Origin: a virus
Taxonomy: Duplodnaviria > Caudoviricetes
Strand: one strand, 5' to 3'
Length of the DNA: 64,000 nt
IMG/VR virus record: IMGVR_UViG_3300021426_000071
Coordinates: 1-64,000 of that record
Below the pieces are notes generated by a model that had not been told where the DNA came from, made no database searches, and saw only the letters and a list, made by a program, of their open reading frames with translations. Positions 16,439 to 25,993 of this stretch are shown here, piece by piece (positions within the stretch are counted from its first letter, which is position 1; each line of letters begins with the position of its first letter). The position numbers and the translations under genes were made by a program.

Positions 16439-19400
16439 TTGAATTCATCGGTCACGACCGAGTAGTCCTTTACCCACCACTCAAGATTTGAATAATCTTT
16501 CACCCAGCCACTTTCTGTCTTCTTTGATTTCGGCTCACGCTTGCACTTTCGTAAAAATAGAACGTCTCCGTTTCTAAAAGGTGTATCATTAAAGGCCGTT
16601 TTGATTTCAGGGTTCTTATAGAACTTTCGTTTATGCACTTTAAGCTCACAAGTCTCTCCTGTCTTTAAACAGTAGGCGGTAAAGCGCGGAGAAAATTTGG
16701 CATCAAGACCAGTTACAAGAACAAGTCTGGAGTTAAGTTTCGGGTCTGAATACTCGATATATCCTAGATACTCAAGCTGATACTGGATTTGTGTTATGAC
16801 GGGACAAGGCGGCGTCTGACAAGTGTCTTCATAGTATCTAAGCAATTCACGGTTTCGTATCTCGGAGAATCCACCAACTACAATTTTGGTTGCATAAGGC
16901 AGCATTTCTGGACTGGTAAGATCAAGACCAAATTTCTTAGCAATCTTCTTCGTACTCCAAGCGCCGCTCGGCTTTTTACATTTTTCAAGATCTGCGGGGT
17001 CGATCATATTCGCCTGTATCCACATATCCGCGTCGATCTCTTCGATTCTAGTCGCAGTTTCCTTATCAGAGAATCTTCGAATATCTTCTACTTCAACACA
17101 CAGGTCGTTAAGTGCATCCCTTTTCAGCGTTTTCCGAGTGGCTAAATCATCAAACCGCCTAACTAAATATCCCAGCTTCTGCGGATCTCCAAAATCGGAG
17201 AAGAAATTTAGCTTAACCAAAACGTCTAGCTGATTGCTTCTCAGACTTGTTTTTTCGCTAAGATCATAGAGGAGATCTACAAAGTGATCGTAATGATTTT
17301 CCCGAAGCGAATACATTTCTTCTGCAACAATCTTGTTCAATCCCTTTATGCTATCTACGCTCTTATAGATTATTCCATTATCTTTATCATAAAAGAATCC
17401 TGCCCTTGATACCCCAAATCTCGGCGGCATAATCTTATATCCAAGTTGCTTTATTAATTCTACTCCGGCGTTGAAATCCTTTTCTGTCTCTGCGCAATTT
17501 AGAAATGCCGCACAAAATTCCAGTGGATAATAATGTCTGTAGTAGGCGCATAAATATCCGAGCATAGAATATCCTGTTGCATGATTGAAGCCGAATTGGT
17601 AGCTTGCGCTATCCTCAATAATTTTAATAAACTGCTTCGCCTCTTCCTCGGCCTGTTCCCGTGGTTTATCAGACTTACTACAATATCCATCAAGGATTTC
17701 CGGCAACGCAGCCTCAAGCCTATCTGCCTGTTTTCTTCCTATTGCTCTTCTTACATTATCTGATGCGCCGCCGCTAAGTCCACATATCTGCTGTAGAAAC
17801 GCAATTGTCTGCTCCTGATATACAAGATATCCATGCGTATTTGACAATAGTTCATCAATCATCTTTGATGGATTGTGGTACTCTTTTAAAGCAATAAGAT
17901 TATCTCTATAACTCGCCCCACTTGGTCGAATACAGGCGTTGCAGAGGGTCATATCGTCGATTGTAAACTTTCTTCCATGCGCCTTTACGTTTTTGTAATA
18001 CTCTTTAAGAGTCCTAAACGCATATTCAGATTCAAACTGGAAGACACCAACAGGACTTATCATCATACTGTCAAATACATCTTGATCTTCCCAGTCTATA
18101 TTAGATTCTGTAGGCTGTGGATTATTTGTATACTCGCATACCTTTTCAATAATGCCAACGTTTTTTAATCCGAGAATATCGTATTTGACAAGTCCGATCT
18201 CATGAAGCTCATCCATATTAATTGGAAGTATCTGAGCACCATCTTTTTCAAAAACGCTGTAGTTATCAATAAGATCTATGGGAGACACAACAATTCCGGC
18301 AGGATGTTGCGATTGAGAAACAATGCAGCCTACAAGTCCGTCATAATATTTAAATATGTCTGGATATTTTTCTCTGGTTTTATCCTGACTTGTCGCCCAC
18401 TCCTGCTTAATTTCCTTAATTTTAGCAAGCGTATATTCCGACTCCGCTCCATTCTGTTCTGCAATGATTCTATATGCTTTACCTATTGTGTCTATAACGG
18501 CGGCGTCTGCCAGAGTACCAACGGCTAAGATGTATGCACACTTACGATACCCAAATCGCTCAAACATATGCTGATAAATAAACGGCCTATCATCTTTAAA
18601 CCAGTCCGTGTCGATATCGCCAATTTCCTCGCGATATTCATTGGCAAATCTCGAAAAAACTGTATGTCTTTTTACAGGATCTACATCAATAATTCCAGTG
18701 ATGAACGCCACTGTAGAACCGCCAACAGAACCACGGCACGGAGATGTATAAAACCCCTGTTCTCTCGCCCAAACCATAAGTTCCGACATAAACAGCATGA
18801 ATCCAACCATGTTAATCTTACGGAAAACATCCATTTCTGTTTTAATGTTTTCAAGATACTGTGGGTTGCTGCCATCGATCATTCCGGCGTCTACTTTTTC
18901 TTTATACATCTTCATTATACGGTCGGACATTATTTTGTTCTCATCCTGTCCCTCGTATAATGTAGGATATTTGATAGATGTATCTATCTCAATCGTTTCT
19001 ACAGAATCTGCCATTTTGTTCGTGTTCTCTATGGCCTGTAAGACCACCTCTTTTGGCAATGACCCCTGTCTAATAAAAGCGTCAACCAGTTCGTCATATG
19101 TCTTAAATGTCAGATCACAATCATTTTCACTATCACCCCAGTCTCCGTCTGTCTTTCCATACTTTAGGATGATCCGGCAATCTGCTTTGTACTGATCGAG
19201 ACTATGTGTATCAGTTCCGGCAATAAGTGGTTTATTTAATTCTTTTGCCAACTCATAAAGGAGCCGATTGTATTCCACCTGTTCGCCGGAATGGTATTGG
19301 ATTTCGAAATAATCATAATGCTGTACGAGTTTAAGATATTTCTCTCTTCTTTCCGAGGTATCCTCTCCATCCGCGTCGGCTGCATCTAATCTCTTTCTAA

Positions 19401-19830
19401 AACTCCACAACGGACTAGCCAGACAGGCAGAGATCTTTATAATATTGTCGCTGATGCCTAAGAACTCATTAAAACTAATTCTTGGCTTATAATAGAAATG
19501 ATCTGGTCTTGAAGATGCGCTGATAAGACGATTTAATTCTACAAACCCATCTTTATTCTTTGCGATCAGAACAGTATGATAATTATCTCGAATCTTGTTT
19601 TCTTGATCTTCTGTTTCTGTTAAATAGCATTCGATTCCATAAAGGAACTTTAATCCGCTTTTCTCAACATAACTTTTTTTCTCGAACCAGTTATAAACAT
19701 TACCGTGTTCAGAAAATCCTATGGCTGTCATACCACAGGATTTTGCTTTGTCCACATAATCTTTATAACTGGTTGTGCTATCAAGTAACGAATCCATTGT
19801 GTGACAGTGATAGACACAATAGTTACTCAT
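16435..19830 (-). CDS. dnaE: DNA polymerase III alpha subunit (family C) with PHP domain
   Basis: HCH/EHGN/DTH PHP residues, RGSVGGS, GDIDTD, SQHPAGIV, KYDILGL, YQEQ, FGFNHA. Confidence 0.96.
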   Translation of the reverse strand: MSNYCVYHCHTMDSLLDSTTSYKDYVDKAKSCGMTAIGFSEHGNVYNWFEKKSYVEKSGLKFLYGIECYLTETEDQENKIRDNYHTVLIAKNKDGFVELNRLISASSRPDHFYYKPRISFNEFLGISDNIIKISACLASPLWSFRKRLDAADADGEDTSERREKYLKLVQHYDYFEIQYHSGEQVEYNRLLYELAKELNKPLIAGTDTHSLDQYKADCRIILKYGKTDGDWGDSENDCDLTFKTYDELVDAFIRQGSLPKEVVLQAIENTNKMADSVETIEIDTSIKYPTLYEGQDENKIMSDRIMKMYKEKVDAGMIDGSNPQYLENIKTEMDVFRKINMVGFMLFMSELMVWAREQGFYTSPCRGSVGGSTVAFITGIIDVDPVKRHTVFSRFANEYREEIGDIDTDWFKDDRPFIYQHMFERFGYRKCAYILAVGTLADAAVIDTIGKAYRIIAEQNGAESEYTLAKIKEIKQEWATSQDKTREKYPDIFKYYDGLVGCIVSQSQHPAGIVVSPIDLIDNYSVFEKDGAQILPINMDELHEIGLVKYDILGLKNVGIIEKVCEYTNNPQPTESNIDWEDQDVFDSMMISPVGVFQFESEYAFRTLKEYYKNVKAHGRKFTIDDMTLCNACIRPSGASYRDNLIALKEYHNPSKMIDELLSNTHGYLVYQEQTIAFLQQICGLSGGASDNVRRAIGRKQADRLEAALPEILDGYCSKSDKPREQAEEEAKQFIKIIEDSASYQFGFNHATGYSMLGYLCAYYRHYYPLEFCAAFLNCAETEKDFNAGVELIKQLGYKIMPPRFGVSRAGFFYDKDNGIIYKSVDSIKGLNKIVAEEMYSLRENHYDHFVDLLYDLSEKTSLRSNQLDVLVKLNFFSDFGDPQKLGYLVRRFDDLATRKTLKRDALNDLCVEVEDIRRFSDKETATRIEEIDADMWIQANMIDPADLEKCKKPSGAWSTKKIAKKFGLDLTSPEMLPYATKIVVGGFSEIRNRELLRYYEDTCQTPPCPVITQIQYQLEYLGYIEYSDPKLNSRLVLVTGLDAKFSPRFTAYCLKTGETCELKVHKRKFYKNPEIKTAFNDTPFRNGDVLFLRKCKREPKSKKTESGWVKDYSNLEWWVKDYSVVTDEFN

Positions 19831-19839
19831 TGCAACTCC

Positions 19840-20301
19840 TTATTGAATGTCTGTACAAAAGAAAACCCCTTCTGTGTTTGCAAAAATATTCCTCGCAATA
19901 TCTTGATAAAGAGTAGATGTTACTCCATGTGCATCATTGATCGAGTCTGTATAATACTGAGCAACCCTTTTCTTAAAAAGAACAAATTCCATTGTTCCAC
20001 CCAGCGCTTCTCTAACAACCACTGACGAAAAGACAGGATTTCCTTTAAAAGCCTTTTCAAAAATGGCCGCCTTAGAATCTTTTACGGTGTTCGCCGGAAT
20101 AATACTAATCGCCACCGATACATTACCGAACGTTTTCTTTGACGGAAGGATCTGTGCCAGAGCGATAGCTTTCTCGTTGTTCTCGACGTACATCCGAATA
20201 ATATTCGCTCTCTCGTCATATTCCAGTATTATTTCGGGATCTTCTCCAAACAGCGCTACCATTTCATAATAATATTCAAACCAAGGCGCAATCTGTTTCA
20301 T
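19840..20301 (-). CDS. hypothetical phage protein
   Basis: ATG at 20301 after AAGGAG; VAQYYTDSIND.HG.STLYQDIA. Confidence 0.7.
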   Translation of the reverse strand: MKQIAPWFEYYYEMVALFGEDPEIILEYDERANIIRMYVENNEKAIALAQILPSKKTFGNVSVAISIIPANTVKDSKAAIFEKAFKGNPVFSSVVVREALGGTMEFVLFKKRVAQYYTDSINDAHGVTSTLYQDIARNIFANTEGVFFCTDIQ

Positions 20302-21115
20302 AATTAAATTCTCCTTCTTCGTAGCCGCGCCGACAGTACTCACATATCTCTCTCTGTCCGCACAAATTTCTACAGTAGTAATCATCTCCGGCTTTTTCAA
20401 TTGGCGTCCAGTCATCTCTGTCATAAAGATTAGAGATCCGCTCTATTGCCCACTGTTTTGCTTCTTCGAACTCCGAAGAGAGCCACGGCAGCTTAAGCCA
20501 CTTGCGATCTTTAAATAGGTTCCACCACAACTCATCTACCTTTCCATATTCTTCAATAACAGGAATACTGTATAGATATAGCTGCCGCTTAAATCCTTCA
20601 ATTGCTTCAAGATTCTTTTTCGATTTACTTAGCGCCCCTTTAGATGTATAAGCGAGCGAATGAGATTTGTGGTCAAGAATAATAATTTTTCCTGTTTCCT
20701 TCTCTCTTAAAAGTAAATCAATATATCCAATCATTTCATGCCTTCCGACCTGAAACTTCACTTCTTTTTCAATACCCAGAACATCAAATGGTGACAGATC
20801 GAAATCAAAGCTATCAAAATACTCTTTTCCTAAAAAGAAATACTTTTCTTTCAGATCTCCGTTTTTCGTATATGGAGCATCCATCCATACCTCATCATCA
20901 AAATGATCTTCGTAGTAAAGGCTTAGATCGAATAGCCCCAGTTCACCTTTTGCGTACTTCTCGAGTATCGAATGTGCGAAGGTTCCGTACTGCCCGAAGA
21001 AATTATCTCCACCACTATTACACTCGATATAATGAAGATAAAATTCTAACAGGCACGTATAATTGATCCGGCTGAAACTCCACGTCATTGTGTCTAATAA
21101 AAAATTTTCACTCAT
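20276..21115 (-). CDS. PD-(D/E)XK nuclease, Cas4/RecB-like
   Basis: SFSR, GTFAH, GYIDLL, LDHKS, QLYLY, C-terminal Cys cluster. Confidence 0.85.
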   Translation of the reverse strand: MSENFLLDTMTWSFSRINYTCLLEFYLHYIECNSGGDNFFGQYGTFAHSILEKYAKGELGLFDLSLYYEDHFDDEVWMDAPYTKNGDLKEKYFFLGKEYFDSFDFDLSPFDVLGIEKEVKFQVGRHEMIGYIDLLLREKETGKIIILDHKSHSLAYTSKGALSKSKKNLEAIEGFKRQLYLYSIPVIEEYGKVDELWWNLFKDRKWLKLPWLSSEFEEAKQWAIERISNLYDRDDWTPIEKAGDDYYCRNLCGQREICEYCRRGYEEGEFNYETDCALV

Positions 21116-21272
21116 CTTCGTCGTCACAATCGATATAATAAATTATTTGCGCACCACAATTTGTGCAATGACATTCATGAATGATGCCAGCTCCCATGAT
21201 TTCATAATCGCTGTAATCAAAGTCTGAATCCCATATCACAGATCTACATCCGCAATGAAAACACTCATACAA
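21108..21272 (-). CDS. small Zn-binding protein (54 aa)
   Basis: TTG start; MYECFHCG..VIWDSDFD..CHCTNCGA. Confidence 0.65.
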   Translation of the reverse strand: MYECFHCGCRSVIWDSDFDYSDYEIMGAGIIHECHCTNCGAQIIYYIDCDDEDE

Positions 21273-22260
21273 CTCTTATTCTCTCCTTGTATAGTTTTTC
21301 CCAAATTTCTCTCCCTTCATCGCACGGGCTATCCTTTTCTTTAAGCAATCCATTTTTATCAAAAATAACGGACACATTTGTAAACCGATTTAATTTCTTA
21401 CCTTCCGCTAAAGCCTTTTCCCAACATACGTCCTGATCAAACGCTAAGACTACCTCGCCCACATTAAGTTTTATAATGACTTTAATCTGTTCATCGTTTA
21501 ATCGAGATGTTTCCGCTGATACGCCATAATCATATCCCCACGCATCAACCTTCATAACAGATTTAATTCCCTCGAATATAATCACAGTGTTCTTTGCTTT
21601 TATATTCTCCCTGTTCTCGTACATCCCCTGTAAAAAGTCCGGCGTTCCAAGCTTTTGATAATTGATATACTTTGATATCCCAAGTGTCTTATATGCTTTA
21701 AATCTGGTTCTGCCTTTAACTCCGATCAGATTTCCATCATTGTCTCTCACAGGATAAACAATTCTGTTGCCGTTGGTATCTATGCGTATATCATATTTTT
21801 TAATCATTTCATTCGTGATTCCTTCGGCGATCCACTCCTCTGGCTGACCGTCAATCACCTGAAATTTGTCAAGATAAGACGAATCTAGTACCTCCCTCTT
21901 TGGCTTTTCATTAACTCTTTTTATTCTTTCAAGAGTTTTATAAAAACTCATCGAGGAGCACGGAGCTATCTTAATTATTTCTTTTCCAGAAATCTTTTCC
22001 GCTTTCTTTACCGCATCATCAAAACGTAATCCCTCATAATGCATTAACCAGTTGAGAATGTTGCCACCTTTTCCACAACCGTGGCAGTACCAAAGGTTTT
22101 TGGACGGCGTAATAAAAAGACTGGGATTAATATCCTGATGTTTACTGCAAAGTGCAGCGTATGAATCCGATCCGACTTTTTTAAAAGTATGTGATTGCTC
22201 CGCATATTCTAGGAGATCAATTCCGTTACATAGTTCGTTAAGTTGCTCTTTATCATACAT
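21265..22260 (-). CDS. dnaG: DNA primase (CHC2 zinc finger plus TOPRIM)
   Basis: CSKH..WYCHGCG.GGN, IFEG, AFDQD, KDSP. Confidence 0.9.
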   Translation of the reverse strand: MYDKEQLNELCNGIDLLEYAEQSHTFKKVGSDSYAALCSKHQDINPSLFITPSKNLWYCHGCGKGGNILNWLMHYEGLRFDDAVKKAEKISGKEIIKIAPCSSMSFYKTLERIKRVNEKPKREVLDSSYLDKFQVIDGQPEEWIAEGITNEMIKKYDIRIDTNGNRIVYPVRDNDGNLIGVKGRTRFKAYKTLGISKYINYQKLGTPDFLQGMYENRENIKAKNTVIIFEGIKSVMKVDAWGYDYGVSAETSRLNDEQIKVIIKLNVGEVVLAFDQDVCWEKALAEGKKLNRFTNVSVIFDKNGLLKEKDSPCDEGREIWEKLYKERIRVV

Positions 22261-23609
22261 TACTCAAACGGCATATCTTCTGGTATTTCATGTTGTTTCG
22301 CATCACCAATTCTCATAATATTCTGAGAGAAGATTACATCTATATAATCGTCGTCTCCCATGCTTATTGCCCCATTTCTGTTTTTATAAATTGAGATCTT
22401 ATAATTACCAGACTCTATCCCATCTCGTTGAATTAATTCCGGCGATTTTTCTTCCCAGCTTAAAAGTGTATCCGCATATCTAGTTGGCTTTTGCGAGTCC
22501 GCAACCCTCCCGGTTACCTCGTTCTGCTGTAGCCCAGCTATAACTGGCACCGAGATTTCCGTACTGATTACGTTCTTTAAAAAATCCGTTGCCAACCCCA
22601 TCGATTGCGAAACTTCCGCCGCGCCGTACATTGTCCCCGGCTTTAAATAATCAAAGATAACAAGCCCAAGACCGATTTTGTTTTTCCACTTTCTGACAAG
22701 ACCCTCGATTCTAAACTTATCAAAAGTGTTAACATACTCGTGAATCAGCGGCGCTTTCCTCAGGATCTCAATTGCTTCCTTTACCTTTTCGTGTTCCTCT
22801 GGAGTCATCATTCCAGTCTTAACTTTATGCACCGTGACCCCGCTTACTGAAGCAATGGCTCTTGGCAGCCATACCTGATCTGTTAACTCTGTATCTATCA
22901 ACAGCGTCGGGACGCCAAGCGCGATTGATTTATGAAGGCATTCAGACAAGAAAAACGATGATTTTCCTTTACCAGTTGCCCCCATGACAAGAGTTAACTC
23001 ACCGGGGACAAGTGTACAATAATCATTAAGCTTCTTAATCTTAAAAGGAATTCCGTAACCGCTCGGCGAACGCTTGTCCATTATATCTTTCCATATAGAG
23101 TCAATCTTCTCACCAAGCATAACAGAATCCGCGCCATATGCGTATCGGTCAACAATTTTACTCAGCCCGTCGTTACAGAAGTCGTTCAATTCTTCAAGTC
23201 CGATATTAAGATTTTCACACTGCCGACCTAACGATGCAGAAAAGGTTTGTAGTTCCCTTCTAAACGCATATGTAATAATCTGATCCTCGAGAACCTTGTA
23301 TTCTTCATATGTTCCACGAGCCGCGTATTTGCTAAACTCGATATATTTAGAAAGATCTTCAAGCCCATGCTCCGCCATAACCTTTTTTACCGCCGCGTTT
23401 GTTGACATAACGGTTTCCAGATTTAGGGCGTCTATTACTTCGACTCCTTTATTGGCAAGAGTCTGTATTCCCCAGACCAGACATTGATTTTCCTTTTCGT
23501 AAAAAAAAGTTGGTCTAAGATTGTTTTCTATCAACAAGAAGCTAGGATTAGCTATCAGCGTCGCAATAGTGGTGGCTTCCAGTTTCGAATCATAAAGTAA
23601 TGTACCCAG
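22260..23609 (-). CDS. dnaB: DnaB-like replicative helicase
   Basis: GATGKGKS, IDTEL, FDYLK, KNRNG; extended upstream to a CTG start 6 nt after GGAGGTGA. Confidence 0.9.
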   Translation of the reverse strand: MGTLLYDSKLEATTIATLIANPSFLLIENNLRPTFFYEKENQCLVWGIQTLANKGVEVIDALNLETVMSTNAAVKKVMAEHGLEDLSKYIEFSKYAARGTYEEYKVLEDQIITYAFRRELQTFSASLGRQCENLNIGLEELNDFCNDGLSKIVDRYAYGADSVMLGEKIDSIWKDIMDKRSPSGYGIPFKIKKLNDYCTLVPGELTLVMGATGKGKSSFFLSECLHKSIALGVPTLLIDTELTDQVWLPRAIASVSGVTVHKVKTGMMTPEEHEKVKEAIEILRKAPLIHEYVNTFDKFRIEGLVRKWKNKIGLGLVIFDYLKPGTMYGAAEVSQSMGLATDFLKNVISTEISVPVIAGLQQNEVTGRVADSQKPTRYADTLLSWEEKSPELIQRDGIESGNYKISIYKNRNGAISMGDDDYIDVIFSQNIMRIGDAKQHEIPEDMPFE

Positions 23610-23615
23610 TCATCA

Positions 23616-24083
23616 TCACCTCCTGATTATTGCCCCAAAACCTTTTCCTTTGCCTGAGTTACTATATCCATCAACCTTAGACAGATCATCTTCGACTATA
23701 AATTCCGTTTTCTTTATAGAAGGTGTAGCCTTTCGCTTTTTCCATGCGTCTTCTATCTCGCTGTTTTTAGCTATGTAATAAAGCCCCGCCGGATTTCTTA
23801 AATTAAATCTATGATTAACAGCGTATTGCAGTGAAAACAAAATATAATCCGCAGAGTTTCCGTTCTTAAAAATCAGATTATTTACTACACCGCGTAAGTA
23901 ATTCCAAATTGGATTCGGATCAATCTTCTCTTTGTATAAGGTAAGAACTTGCTCAATCGTTTCTTTTTCGTGATAGCAATCCTTGTGATAGTATGAGTTT
24001 CTACCTATTAAAATAGCATCCTGTTTTGATAACTCACGACTATCGTGGCGGCAATGAGTCCATCTGCATTTTACGTTATCCAT
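23616..24083 (-). CDS. hypothetical protein (LIM/Zn-like N-terminus; possible initiator or loader)
   Basis: CRWTHC..YYHKDC; lies between SSB and helicase. Confidence 0.6.
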   Translation of the reverse strand: MDNVKCRWTHCRHDSRELSKQDAILIGRNSYYHKDCYHEKETIEQVLTLYKEKIDPNPIWNYLRGVVNNLIFKNGNSADYILFSLQYAVNHRFNLRNPAGLYYIAKNSEIEDAWKKRKATPSIKKTEFIVEDDLSKVDGYSNSGKGKGFGAIIRR

Positions 24084-24096
24084 ATTTACCTCAAAG

Positions 24097-24126
24097 GTCG
24101 CCCGACCTTATTAAAAGATCGGGCGC
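24097..24126 (-). terminator. hairpin after ssb
   Basis: CGCCCGATCTT/AAGGTCGGGCG stem, weak U tract. Confidence 0.45.
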
Positions 24127-24132
24127 TGTTAT

Positions 24133-24552
24133 TTACGAGAAAGGCAATTCTTCATCAACTCCATCTGCAATTGAGGGGTCAAACTTCGGCGGTTCCTGTG
24201 TTGTCCGCGTCGTATTGTCGTCTCCCATTTCGAAGTCATACACATAGAAATTTGTGTATGTTCTTCCGGCTTCCTTTACATATCTCTGTTTAACCGCAAC
24301 TCTAAGAAGCTTAATCCTCAGCCGTGGTCTGTCTCCATCAGGGAACTGAAGCGCTCTCGCTTTATCCGCCGCAGCGCCGCCGAACGTTACGAAACCACTG
24401 AAATCGGTTTCATACTCTCCGGCAATAGATTTAAATGTTCCGTCCGGCTGTCTCTCTGCCCTCAGCTTTGATGTTGAAATTCTTCCCTGTACAAAGCCGC
24501 GATCTTCCTTTACTTCCCATAGTGTTGCATATGTATCATTTGCAAATGCCAT
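24133..24552 (-). CDS. ssb: single-stranded DNA-binding protein
   Basis: OB-fold pattern; acidic tail DEELPFS. Confidence 0.8.
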   Translation of the reverse strand: MAFANDTYATLWEVKEDRGFVQGRISTSKLRAERQPDGTFKSIAGEYETDFSGFVTFGGAAADKARALQFPDGDRPRLRIKLLRVAVKQRYVKEAGRTYTNFYVYDFEMGDDNTTRTTQEPPKFDPSIADGVDEELPFS

Positions 24553-24567
24553 ATATTATTTCTCCCT

Positions 24568-25485
24568 TTACTCAATCGGCTTTACGCCTTTAATTGCAGC
24601 TAAACACTCCTGTGCCTTTTCAATACTCTTAATTGCATTCGGGTTTCCATTGGCCGAAAACTGTTTAAGCGTTGCCATAAGCTGTTCGTTCTTTGTACCG
24701 CCAAGCGCTGTACACAGTTCAACGATTTCCTTTTTAATAGATTTAAGAGATTCCTCTGGGGAAATTGAAGCTTCAGCATATGTTTTAGGTTCTTTTACTT
24801 CAGGCGGAATATCGCTGCTATTGGCCCAGTTATAAAGCTCTTCTCCATGCTTTTCTGTTAAGACTTCATATCTGCCATCGAAAATTCCTGTGTTATCTTT
24901 ATCTGCTGTGCTCACATGGTTTCCCTGATCAATTACCAAAGATACCGTATACTCGTATGAAATATCCTTGTCCTGCTGTGCACCCAAGCCCACCTTCTTC
25001 GGAACCTGTTTTCCATTTTTCTCCTCGAGCACCCATGTATCTTTTCCTCTAGCAGTCGCAATAATATGAATCGGAGAATAAAGAATTTTCTCTACCATCG
25101 CACGATGTCTTGGCTTTAACTTTCCCCAATTTGTAAACGAATTTCCGGGCATCTTATCATGAATATCATTAATCGTAGCCCACTCGTGAGAGAGAGAGTC
25201 AATAATGCATACCTTATAACCCTCAGCAATTGCTAAATCGATTGCCTCAATATATTTCTCTGGGGTATAAGGATCTTCAATTTGTAACAGATCATATTCC
25301 CATCGATCCGAATAATATAAATCTCTGCTACCTTCCGTGCCAATGTATGCAACTCTACTTCCGCACTTATTTGCCAATCCTGTTGCAACCCTTAACGCCC
25401 CGACGCTCTTCCCTGATCCTGAAGGGCCTGTTAAGAGTGTTTTTGTCCATACTTGTTTCCTTTTTGCAGTTACAAATCCTGCCAT
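24568..25485 (-). CDS. AAA_24/Sak4-like ATPase (recombination)
   Basis: GPSGSGKS, IIDSLSHEW, HIIATARGK; adjacent to ssb. Confidence 0.8.
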   Translation of the reverse strand: MAGFVTAKRKQVWTKTLLTGPSGSGKSVGALRVATGLANKCGSRVAYIGTEGSRDLYYSDRWEYDLLQIEDPYTPEKYIEAIDLAIAEGYKVCIIDSLSHEWATINDIHDKMPGNSFTNWGKLKPRHRAMVEKILYSPIHIIATARGKDTWVLEEKNGKQVPKKVGLGAQQDKDISYEYTVSLVIDQGNHVSTADKDNTGIFDGRYEVLTEKHGEELYNWANSSDIPPEVKEPKTYAEASISPEESLKSIKKEIVELCTALGGTKNEQLMATLKQFSANGNPNAIKSIEKAQECLAAIKGVKPIE

Positions 25486-25500
25486 TCTTACCTCCAATAA

Positions 25501-25692
25501 TCATAACTGTCTAAAACACCACTTTTCCCTATCCGGCATTTCTCTATATTCGATTATGTTCGCCGTGCCGCAACACTTACACTTCACTAACTTTGTGTCA
25601 TAATCTATCCCCCTAAAATCCCAATACACATCTTCCCGCTCGTTGTATTCGAATTTTTCTTTACACTTGACGCATACCCTTGTCGCCGCCAT
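25501..25692 (-). CDS. small Zn-ribbon protein
   Basis: CVKC..CKCC. Confidence 0.6.
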   Translation of the reverse strand: MAATRVCVKCKEKFEYNEREDVYWDFRGIDYDTKLVKCKCCGTANIIEYREMPDREKWCFRQL

Positions 25693-25912
25693 TCCTATAC
25701 AGATTTACTGATGCTCTCGGATAGATAAGGCATGTGTTCCACATATTGTGGTTGGTGTCATTTGCGGGATAAATGATATTGCCAGTTTCTAAATCAACAG
25801 CTGCTCCTCCAGTTCCCTTCAGATAAACCTTTCCTTCACATGTGAAAACTGTACCTTCTCTGATCTTGTCGAACTCCATCGATTTCTTAGTCGGCTTTTC
25901 TCCGATCCACAT
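25661..25912 (-). CDS. hypothetical protein
   Basis: AAGGA RBS; AVDLETG. Confidence 0.6.
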   Translation of the reverse strand: MWIGEKPTKKSMEFDKIREGTVFTCEGKVYLKGTGGAAVDLETGNIIYPANDTNHNMWNTCLIYPRASVNLYRNGGDKGMRQV

Positions 25913-25961
25913 AAGTAATTATTTTCCTTTCTTTATATTTGTGATATAGGGCTTTACAGAT

Positions 25962-25990
25962 ATTATATTACCCTATTTCGTGTTTGTCAA
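25962..25990 (-). promoter_or_regulatory. sigma-A promoter with AGGG box (replication operon)
   Basis: TTGACA-AACACGAAATAGGGTAA-TATAAT. Confidence 0.85.
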
Positions 25991-25993
25991 CTT

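Noticed and set aside
3540-19830. Introns or inteins in nrdD or dnaE
   Set aside because: ORFs are continuous, of normal length, and show no evident splice motifs
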